Positions 56,112 to 64,000 of a stretch of DNA of 64,000 bases are shown piece by piece. The notes under the pieces were generated by a model. The model had not been told where the DNA came from. It searched no databases and worked only from the letters and a program-made list of their open reading frames with translations. This DNA comes from an uncultured Poribacteria bacterium (lineage in GTDB: Bacteria; Poribacteria; WGA-4E; WGA-3G): positions 1,888,001 through 1,952,000 of the forward strand of contig CATQHZ020000001.1 in assembly GCA_958296135.2 (NCBI GenBank). The letters run 5' to 3'. Position numbers and translations under genes: made by a program. Position 1 is the first letter of the stretch. Each line of letters opens with the position of its first letter.

Positions 56112-57059
56112 GTGAAAGCCATTGTGACAAGACTTTTGCCAGATAAACGACGCGAGAAGGTTGTCGTTACTGACTGGCCAGAACCTGCACCGCCTGTCGG
56201 CAACGAAGTGCTCTGCGAGGCCGTCTACACAGGGCTCACCAACGGCACTGAACGCAACCAAATCATCGGCGGCAACTATTCGGCCCCGGATGAACGCTTG
56301 CCAGCAGGCGGCGGGTATCAGAACGTCGGCCGTGTCACTGAGACGGGCCCGGACGTAACCCAACTCCAGCGCGGTGCGCTCATCTACGCTAGCAAGGACC
56401 ACGTGGAAAGGTTCACCATTGCAGAAGATGGACTCCTGCTGAAATTGCCAGCGGACATTGAACCGGCTGAAGCAGCCCTTTTCGGTATTTCCGGCGTGGC
56501 GATGCACTGCTGCCGCCGCATTGAGCCGCGCATCGGCGAAAAGGTGCTAATCATTGGACAAGGATGCATCGGCATGTTTGCGGCGCAAATCGCCAACGCT
56601 ATGGGCGCGCGTGTCACGGTGTGTGATATTGAAGAATCTCGCCTAGCCCAAGCAAGACAACTCAGCGCAGCAGAACAGGTTCTCAATACCAGCGGCGATG
56701 GTTGGGAAACCCAGATAGAAGCCGACGCTTACGATGCTGTCATGGACTTCGCCGGTGCCCCTGACATGGTAACATCAATGATACGTGCCTGCAAGCCGCG
56801 CGGACGAGTGCTGTTAGTCGCTGGACGATTTGACGTGAACTACACCTTCAACGTCGGGCAACACAAGGAGATCGGCGTTTTGCAGTGTAGTCACTTCACA
56901 TGCGATGATTTGGAAAACGTCTGTCGACTTCTTCGGCAAGGCACTTTCAGCATCGCGCCGCTCATCCGGCATCGGGTGCATGTCGACGAAGCACCGCAGA
57001 TATATCGGTGGCTCCGCGATGAACCGATGCGTTTGTTGGGCACAGTCTTTGAATGGTAG
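56112..57059 (+). CDS. MDR-superfamily (zinc-binding-like) dehydrogenase
   Basis: GTE, GYQNVG, GQGCIG. Confidence 0.8.
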   Translation: MKAIVTRLLPDKRREKVVVTDWPEPAPPVGNEVLCEAVYTGLTNGTERNQIIGGNYSAPDERLPAGGGYQNVGRVTETGPDVTQLQRGALIYASKDHVERFTIAEDGLLLKLPADIEPAEAALFGISGVAMHCCRRIEPRIGEKVLIIGQGCIGMFAAQIANAMGARVTVCDIEESRLAQARQLSAAEQVLNTSGDGWETQIEADAYDAVMDFAGAPDMVTSMIRACKPRGRVLLVAGRFDVNYTFNVGQHKEIGVLQCSHFTCDDLENVCRLLRQGTFSIAPLIRHRVHVDEAPQIYRWLRDEPMRLLGTVFEW

Positions 57060-57156
57060 GCGCGCGTTGTGAAGGACAGATGTCTCTAGCTGCCCGCTAC
57101 GGAATAGAACGGGCGGAGATAGAAATCCGCCCTTAAACAGTAAGGAGAAAGACTTC

Positions 57157-58122
57157 ATGTCAAACGTTAGATTAGGTTTTATCGGCACGGGCGGCAATAT
57201 GAACCGCCATCTGCGCGAATTGACAGAGATTGGTGGCACGAAATTTGTCGCCTTTTGCGATATTGTCGTTGAAAAGGCGGAGAAAGCCGTAACGCACTAC
57301 GGCGGCAAGGCATACGCCGACTACAACCAGATGCTGGCGCAGGAGGAATTAGACGCAGTTTACATCTCCATTCCGCCGTTCGCGCACGGCGCGCCGGAGA
57401 AAGCTGTCATCGCCGCGGGACTGCCGATGTTCGTCGAAAAGCCGGTGCACATGGATGCCGACGAAGCGAAGGAAATCGCCGCGCAAATTGAGGAAAATGG
57501 CATCATCACCGCGACCGGATATCAGGAACGTTACCTTGATATTATTGACAAGGCGCAGGAGCTCCTCGCCTCCCGACGCGTTGGGTTTTTCATGGGCTAC
57601 TGGATGGGCGGCATGCCCGGCGGCTGGTGGCGCGATAAGTCAAAATCCGGCGGGCAACTCATGGAGCAAACAACGCACGAGTTTGACATGGCGCGTTATC
57701 TGTTCGGCGAGGTGAAGACTGTCTATGCCGTTGCGCGCAACGGGCTGGTGCCGGATGCCGATTACGATATTGAGGAAGCATCCGCTGTCTCATTGCAATT
57801 TGAGAGCGGCGTTTTCGGTGTCATGTTCTCCGCCTGCTTCACCACGACAGGCCTCATCCGTTCCGGGTTAGATATCTTCTGTCAGGACGGTTCGCTGGAA
57901 TATCGCCTCCGGCGCGCCCTAGTGCTCTCCACGGCGGAAGGCGAAACTCGGTGGGAGCCGCAGAATAATTGCACCATCGACATGGACAGCACCTTTATTG
58001 AAGCTGTCCGCACCGGGGATGGCAGCAACATCCGTTCGCCCTATGCGGATGCCGCCAAAACGGCGATTCTGTCCATCGCAGCGAATCACTCTTTGGCTAC
58101 CGGGGAACCTGTTCATTTGTAG
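57157..58122 (+). CDS. Gfo/Idh/MocA family oxidoreductase
   Basis: GFIGTGG, VEKP, SGGQLMEQTTHEFD. Confidence 0.9.
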   Translation: MSNVRLGFIGTGGNMNRHLRELTEIGGTKFVAFCDIVVEKAEKAVTHYGGKAYADYNQMLAQEELDAVYISIPPFAHGAPEKAVIAAGLPMFVEKPVHMDADEAKEIAAQIEENGIITATGYQERYLDIIDKAQELLASRRVGFFMGYWMGGMPGGWWRDKSKSGGQLMEQTTHEFDMARYLFGEVKTVYAVARNGLVPDADYDIEEASAVSLQFESGVFGVMFSACFTTTGLIRSGLDIFCQDGSLEYRLRRALVLSTAEGETRWEPQNNCTIDMDSTFIEAVRTGDGSNIRSPYADAAKTAILSIAANHSLATGEPVHL

Positions 58123-58170
58123 AGATACCGGTGCCATAGGTGCACTATCGGTTTTGTAGGATTCATAAAA

Positions 58171-60543
58171 ATGGAACACCACATCACCCTTCCCATCACC
58201 GGGATGCATTGCGAAAACTGCGCCTCACTTATCACGCGGAACCTAAAAAAGATGGAGGGCATTCTGTCCGCGGATGTCAGCATCGCTACGGAGCAGGCGG
58301 CCGTCACATTTGATGCGGACTCCGTAAGCGAGGACGCTATCGTCGACAAAATCCGCGCCCTCGGATTTGACGTTGTCGATGCAGACGCGGAATCAACGGC
58401 GCGCGCAGCGGAATTCCAGCGACAAAAGTTGCAATTCACCGTCGGCGTGGTTCTCACGCTACCGCTTTTCCTGCTCAGCATGGGGAGAGATTTTGGGGTT
58501 ATCGGCGGCTGGGCACACGCGCCGTGGGTTAACGGACTCATGTTCGCCTTGGCGGCACCGGTGCAGTTTTACGTCGGTTGGGACTACTACGTCGGTGGAT
58601 TTAAGGCACTGCGCAACCGGGCTGCCAATATGGATGTGCTCGTCGCGATGGGCTCCTCTGTAGCGTTTCTTTATAGCGTCGCTGTCATGCTTGCCGGGTT
58701 CGCGGGGATAGGCGCGCTCGGCATGCATGTCTATTTTGAGACAGCAGCGGTGATTATCGTGCTGATTAAATTAGGGAAATTGCTGGAGGCACGCGCCAAA
58801 GGACAGACGAGCGCGGCTCTCAAAAAGCTGCTAGGGCTATCGCCAAAAACGGCGTGTCTCCTGGTAGGAGGGACCTCTGGTTCTGACAGAGAAGAACAGC
58901 AAATCCCTATCGTGCAGGTTGCAGTGGGACATCTACTCATCGTGCGCCCCGGCGAGAGCATTCCTGTCGATGGTGTCGTGCGCGAAGGCGAAAGCGCGGT
59001 TGACGAAAGCATCTTCACCGGCGAAAGCCTCCCGGTAGATAAAAAACAAGGGAGTGAAGTAACCGCGGCAACGATTAACCAAAGCGGCATGCTGACGATT
59101 GAGGCGACGCGCGTCGGTTCGGAAACCGCCCTCGCGCGCCTCATCCAACTCGTGCAGGCGACGCAGCAGAGCAAGGCACCCATCCAACGCGCCGCCGATG
59201 CCGTGGCGAGTGTCTTTGTACCAATCGTTATCGGAATCGCCTTCGTGACATTCTTCGCGTGGTGGCTCTTGGTTGGGGCGGGATTTACCCCGGCGATGCT
59301 CCGACTGGTAGCAGTGTTAGTCATCGCGTGTCCGTGTGCATTAGGGCTTGCTACGCCGACAGCCGTCATGGTAGGCACCGGCATCGGTGCGCAGCGCGGC
59401 ATCCTCTTCAGAAATACCGAAGCACTCGAACGCGCGGGGGCGTTATCAACTGTTGTCCTTGACAAGACCGGCACCTTGACACAAGGAAAGCTCACGCTTA
59501 CGGACATCATCGTGCGGGAGGGAGCGCGCTTGGAAAGCGCGCCTACCGGGCAAGAGGAGCATCGAGACAGGAGGGCTCTCCTACGGCTTGCTGCTTCTGC
59601 CGAGCGTGGGAGTGAGCATCCTATCGGCAAGGCAATCGTCCGCGCCGCCGCCGAAAGCGGGATTGATACCGTCGTGCCTCCCCAATTCACGGCAGTCGCG
59701 GGGCACGGCATCATAGCACAATTAGAACTCCCCAATGACAGAGAATCCGAGCCCGTAGGCGCGCTTTGCAAGGGCACTAACGTCATTATCGGCACCCCCG
59801 CGCTCCTGCACCAACACGGAATTTCCACCGTAGGAGAGCCCTCCCGGTCTCGATTCAGCGAAGAGCCCTCCCGCTCTCAACTCGCCTTAGAAGCAGAACG
59901 CTTGCAAACTGAAGCAAAAACTGTGCTTTGGGTAGCCATCAACGGACAAACCGAGGGCCTCATCGCCGTTGCAGATACGCTGAAGCCGGAGGCGAAAGAG
60001 GCAGTTGCAGAACTCCGCCACCTCGGTTGCACGGTGACAATGATGACCGGGGATAACCACGCAACCGCCGAGGCCATTGCCAAAGCCGCCGGGATTGACG
60101 ATGTCATGGCGGAACTTTTGCCGGAAGACAAGGCATCCGCGCTGGAGAAAAAACAGACTGAAACTGATGGCCTTGTTGCCATGGTAGGCGATGGCATCAA
60201 CGACGCGCCCGCGCTCGCGCAAGCAGATGTCGGCATGGCACTCGGCACTGGCACCGATATCGCCATGGAAACAGCAGCTCTGACGCTCATGCACGGCGAG
60301 CTGCGCGCAATTCCTGAAGCGATTCGCCTCAGCCGCGCCACGATGCGCACGATTCGACAGAACCTCTTCTGGGCATTTTTTTACAATGTGCTGTTAATTC
60401 CCCTCGCAGCGGGGGTGCTGTATCCGTTAACCTTCCTGCCGATGATGCTCCGCGAATTGCATCCGATGCTAGCGGCGTTTGCGATGGCGTTTAGCAGTGT
60501 CTCGGTGGTGCTAAATAGTTTGCGTTTGCAATGGAGAAAGTGA
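58171..60543 (+). CDS. copA: Cu(I)-translocating P1B-type ATPase with several in-frame repeat insertions
   Basis: GMHCENC metal-binding domain, [29 protein letters not shown] and MAFSS. Confidence 0.9.
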   Translation: MEHHITLPITGMHCENCASLITRNLKKMEGILSADVSIATEQAAVTFDADSVSEDAIVDKIRALGFDVVDADAESTARAAEFQRQKLQFTVGVVLTLPLFLLSMGRDFGVIGGWAHAPWVNGLMFALAAPVQFYVGWDYYVGGFKALRNRAANMDVLVAMGSSVAFLYSVAVMLAGFAGIGALGMHVYFETAAVIIVLIKLGKLLEARAKGQTSAALKKLLGLSPKTACLLVGGTSGSDREEQQIPIVQVAVGHLLIVRPGESIPVDGVVREGESAVDESIFTGESLPVDKKQGSEVTAATINQSGMLTIEATRVGSETALARLIQLVQATQQSKAPIQRAADAVASVFVPIVIGIAFVTFFAWWLLVGAGFTPAMLRLVAVLVIACPCALGLATPTAVMVGTGIGAQRGILFRNTEALERAGALSTVVLDKTGTLTQGKLTLTDIIVREGARLESAPTGQEEHRDRRALLRLAASAERGSEHPIGKAIVRAAAESGIDTVVPPQFTAVAGHGIIAQLELPNDRESEPVGALCKGTNVIIGTPALLHQHGISTVGEPSRSRFSEEPSRSQLALEAERLQTEAKTVLWVAINGQTEGLIAVADTLKPEAKEAVAELRHLGCTVTMMTGDNHATAEAIAKAAGIDDVMAELLPEDKASALEKKQTETDGLVAMVGDGINDAPALAQADVGMALGTGTDIAMETAALTLMHGELRAIPEAIRLSRATMRTIRQNLFWAFFYNVLLIPLAAGVLYPLTFLPMMLRELHPMLAAFAMAFSSVSVVLNSLRLQWRK

Positions 60544-63500
60544 TGATAACTTACGGAACAATCGTTGAATCCGAACTCTGGCCAGAACCGGTTCAAGTTA
60601 TTGCCTACCAGCGGCTTCCCGATGGAGATGTCCATATCGTCGGTAGATTGACGCATTCGCAACGACAGATTAACCAGGAGCTCACGTCGGAGGAGGCAGC
60701 AACGTTGAAAACCGCCTCGGCACAACTGGATTGGACAGCGGATGCGCGACACGCCTTCCTCAGCCTCGAAGCGAAACGTTACCGATACGCTGCCCTCTAC
60801 GCTCCGACTTTAGCGGTGAGTATTTCCAAAGTGGATCCGCTCCCGCATCAGATCGAAGCAGTGTGGCAGGTTCTGAAACAGACGCGCATCCGCTTCCTCA
60901 TCGCCGATGACCCGGGTGCCGGCAAGACGATTATGGCGGGGCTCATCGCGAAGGAACTCAAACTCCGCAATCAAGCGCAACGCATCTTGATTGTCGCCCC
61001 CGGACATCTCGTCGCGCAGTGGAGATACGAACTGAAAAATCGGTTTGAGGAGAATTTCACCGAAGTCACGCGCGCTTATGTCAACGCGCGTTCACAGGAA
61101 AACGTTTGGGCGCGCGAACATCAACTAATCACCTCCATGGATTTCGCCCGGCAGGAAGACATCCGCGATGCCATCGCGAACGCGCATTTTGACCTGGTTA
61201 TCGTAGACGAAGCGCATAAGATGGCTGCCTATCAGTATGGCGACAAAATTGAGAAAACGAAGCGGTACCAGTTGGGCGAATGCCTCTCTCGCCACACCAC
61301 GCACCTCCTCTTCCTCACAGCAACACCACACCGGGGCGATTCCGAAAACTTCCGGCTTTTCCTCGATTTGCTTGAGCCCGGCTTCTTCGCCGATGCCGCC
61401 CAAATTCAGGAATCCATTCGGCAACAAGACAATCCCCTCTTTATCCGCAGAATAAAGGAAACCCTCAGGGATTTTGAAGGGAAACCCCTCTTCCTGCCGC
61501 GTCATGTAAAGACGCACCCGTTCCATATCGGTTCAGAGTCCGAAGCCGAGATGAACCTCTATAATGCCCTCTCGGATTACATCAGAGAGCAGTATAACCG
61601 CTTTTCCGAGGAGTCACAAAAGCGAAACAACGTCGCCTTCGCCTTAGTCATCTTACAGCGGCGGCTCGCCTCCAGCACGCAGGCACTCTGTTTATCCCTC
61701 CAACGCCGAAAACAGCGGCTCATAGAACTGCGCCAGAAAGCCGCAATACTAGCGGATACCGTGCCAAACCAACAGGCCCTCGACGAAGCGGAAGACCGGG
61801 AGGAAACCGAACGGTGGGAGCTTGAGGAGAAGTGGGAAGTCCTCTCTGTCGCCGGGAACCGCGAAGAACTAGAAGACGAAATCGATACGCTAAACCGCCT
61901 CAAACGCGACGCGCAACGGATTATTGACAACGAAAGCGAACTCAAACTTAAGGCACTCCGAGAGGCACTTGATGAACTGAACCGGGACTACCCGAATCAG
62001 AAAATTCTCATCTTCACCGAGTATTTTGATACGCTGGATTACCTTGAGCAGAAGGTAAAGACGTGGGGGTTTTCTGTCTCCGTCATCCACGGAAAAATGC
62101 AGCACGAACATCGGATAGCGGCACAGGAAACGTTCCGCAACGAAACGCAGCTCCTCCTCGCAACCGAAGCAGCGGGCGAAGGCATTAACCTCCAATTCTG
62201 CCACCTCATGCTCAACTATGATCTGCCGTGGAACCCGAATCGGTTGGAGCAGCGGATGGGGCGTATCCACCGATACGGACAGAAAAATGAAGTCCATGTC
62301 ATTAATCTCGTGTCCACCGATACGCGAGAGGGAGCCGTCTTTAACCGTCTTTTTGATAAACTAGAAACGATTCGCGCCGAGCTCGGCAGCGACAGGGTTT
62401 ACGATGTCATCGGCGAACTCTTCCCGAAGAAGAATCTGGCACAGCTCATTTTGGAAGCCGCAACGAACGCGCGCGGCCATAACCAACAAATCATTGACGA
62501 AATTGAAACGACGCTGGACAAGGCGCAACTCAACTTCCTGAAAGAGTTCAATCAGGATACGCTTGTTTCGCCGTTCATTAACCTACCGCAGGTGAAGGAG
62601 CTCCAGCAGCAGTCGCGCGAACACGGCCTCATCCCGGAATACACGCGCGAATTCTTCCGGAAAGCATTTGAAACCCTCGGCGGTGAACTCCGGCCCCGCA
62701 GAGACGGATTTTTCACGGTCCCACGCATCCCTGCCGAAATCCGGAGAATTGCACAGAAAACACCCAACGCCAGTAGGAGAGACCTCCGGACCCGAAAAGT
62801 GACGTTCGACAAATCCCTCGCGCAGACGGACCCAACGGCAGAATTCATCTCGTTCGGGCACCCCCTCTTTGAGGCAGTCATCCAATGGGCAGAGCAAACT
62901 CTCGCCGATGCCCTCAAAACCGGTGCCTGCTTTGAAGACCCGGGTGGCAAATTCAATGGCGTTATCGTCTTCTACGAAGGCGAAATCCGAGACGGTGCAG
63001 ACGATGTCGCCGGAAAACGGCTCTTCGCCTTCTACCTCCCCGAAAACGCCGCCGGTGTGGAAACGCTTAATCCGACACTTATCTGGGACTTCCAAGAGGC
63101 AGAACCGACTCCGGAAACAGAACCAATGCAGATAGCAGAACTTGATGCAAAGGTAGGCGCGCAACTCCGTCAGCAGCTTAAGGAGTATCAGGACCAGCTT
63201 ACCAAGGAGCGGCAACGACAGGTGGACATCAAAAGGCGATACGGGGTCGCCTCGTTGGAGCGGCTCATCATCAAACTAGATGGCAAACTGCTAAAGTTGG
63301 ATATCCGTAGCAACAACGGCGAAGATGTCCGGCTTGTCAGACAAAACAAGGAGGAACAGAAAACCCGTTACGAAGACGAAAAAGAGCGGTTGGAGAAGGC
63401 GTGTCAGCAAGAAGTGACGCTTTCCAGAAAGCCGCCTATCTTCGCCGGTGCGATTCGCGTCAGACCGGCGGCGGATGCGGATGCCGTCATGAAAACCGCC

Positions 63501-63866
63501 CCGGAAATCGAACGCATCGGCATGGAAGAAGCCACCCGCTATGAGGAAGCGCGAGGCAACACCGTTGAGGATATCTCCGCAGAGAACCTCGGCTTCGATC
63601 TTCGTTCAACGACACCGGATGGCACCATCCGATGCATTGAGGTAAAGGCACGCGCGGGCCGCGACCCGGTTGTCCTCACCCGCAACGAGTGGCACAAAGC
63701 GAAGCAGCTGCAGGGTGCCTATTATCTCTACGTCGTCTTCAATGCCGCGACAGAGCCGGAACTTCACCGCATTCAGAACCCGGCGGAGCGGCTTCCTAAC
63801 GTGATGCCTATCACGGAGGTTCGGTATCAGGTCTCGGTTTCGGAAATAGTGAGACATGGTCGATAA
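60531..63866 (+). CDS. SNF2-family helicase with C-terminal DUF3883 (PD-(D/E)xK-like) domain
   Basis: [34 protein letters not shown]; tail GFDLRS...IEVK...LTRNEW. Confidence 0.9.
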   Translation: MEKVMITYGTIVESELWPEPVQVIAYQRLPDGDVHIVGRLTHSQRQINQELTSEEAATLKTASAQLDWTADARHAFLSLEAKRYRYAALYAPTLAVSISKVDPLPHQIEAVWQVLKQTRIRFLIADDPGAGKTIMAGLIAKELKLRNQAQRILIVAPGHLVAQWRYELKNRFEENFTEVTRAYVNARSQENVWAREHQLITSMDFARQEDIRDAIANAHFDLVIVDEAHKMAAYQYGDKIEKTKRYQLGECLSRHTTHLLFLTATPHRGDSENFRLFLDLLEPGFFADAAQIQESIRQQDNPLFIRRIKETLRDFEGKPLFLPRHVKTHPFHIGSESEAEMNLYNALSDYIREQYNRFSEESQKRNNVAFALVILQRRLASSTQALCLSLQRRKQRLIELRQKAAILADTVPNQQALDEAEDREETERWELEEKWEVLSVAGNREELEDEIDTLNRLKRDAQRIIDNESELKLKALREALDELNRDYPNQKILIFTEYFDTLDYLEQKVKTWGFSVSVIHGKMQHEHRIAAQETFRNETQLLLATEAAGEGINLQFCHLMLNYDLPWNPNRLEQRMGRIHRYGQKNEVHVINLVSTDTREGAVFNRLFDKLETIRAELGSDRVYDVIGELFPKKNLAQLILEAATNARGHNQQIIDEIETTLDKAQLNFLKEFNQDTLVSPFINLPQVKELQQQSREHGLIPEYTREFFRKAFETLGGELRPRRDGFFTVPRIPAEIRRIAQKTPNASRRDLRTRKVTFDKSLAQTDPTAEFISFGHPLFEAVIQWAEQTLADALKTGACFEDPGGKFNGVIVFYEGEIRDGADDVAGKRLFAFYLPENAAGVETLNPTLIWDFQEAEPTPETEPMQIAELDAKVGAQLRQQLKEYQDQLTKERQRQVDIKRRYGVASLERLIIKLDGKLLKLDIRSNNGEDVRLVRQNKEEQKTRYEDEKERLEKACQQEVTLSRKPPIFAGAIRVRPAADADAVMKTAPEIERIGMEEATRYEEARGNTVEDISAENLGFDLRSTTPDGTIRCIEVKARAGRDPVVLTRNEWHKAKQLQGAYYLYVVFNAATEPELHRIQNPAERLPNVMPITEVRYQVSVSEIVRHGR

Positions 63867-63875
63867 AAACTTAAT

Positions 63876-63904
63876 TTGACAAATTAGGATTTATATAGTA
63901 TCAT
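63876..63904 (+). promoter_or_regulatory. sigma70 promoter
   Basis: TTGACA-17 nt-TATCAT. Confidence 0.7.
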
Positions 63905-63970
63905 ATTAATGTCTCCGACTTGCCGTAAGTTGGATGCGTAACACCGTAACTCAAACCGGAGGTTTTCATT

Positions 63971-64000
63971 ATGAGAACCCATAATCTCTTTATCAGTCAT
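63971..64000 (+). CDS. Start of a probable TIR-like (DUF1863/ThsB-type) protein, truncated by the window
   Basis: GGAGG SD then MRTHNLFISH, matching the TIR first-strand 'FISH' motif; only 10 codons visible. Confidence 0.5.
   Translation, partial: MRTHNLFISH

Noticed and set aside
58731-59828. 365-aa antisense ORF, and similar long shadow ORFs opposite the nuo, yyaL-family and helicase genes
   Set aside because: These are antisense shadows of well-supported genes, with no recognisable motifs

Overview
Bacterial chromosomal window. The lineage is inferred to be Poribacteria-like, from a WD40 protein with a C-terminal 'NFPNPFNPETWIPF...WDGRN' FlgD-Ig-type domain, many Gfo/Idh/MocA oxidoreductases and dense GTAG/GTAA palindromic repeats. 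Housekeeping and metabolic content includes nuoD-H-I-J-K-L-M-N, tRNA-Gln and tRNA-Glu, lexA, dtd, a class A PBP, a GT9 heptosyltransferase, copA, rimK and moeB. A defence island at 10.5-16.7 kb carries GmrSD, an ADP-ribosylglycohydrolase, and a two-gene operon encoding a TIR-TPR protein fused to a type IIG R-M target-recognition region plus an ABC-ATPase-HEPN protein. Two tnpA-less IS607-like TnpB elements flank an orphan DNA methyltransferase. An SNF2 helicase-DUF3883 gene and the start of a second TIR-like gene close the window. Most notable: (1) the TIR-TPR-TRD / ABC-HEPN candidate defence system; (2) REP-like palindromes inserted in frame inside protein genes and supplying stop codons; (3) an in-frame UGA at the conserved Cys of MoeB followed by a SECIS-like hairpin; (4) an unannotated 57-aa two-TM ORF between nuoL and nuoM; (5) both TnpB right ends sitting at identical spacing from the next gene's ATG. 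All calls come from motif recognition by eye; no searches were run.
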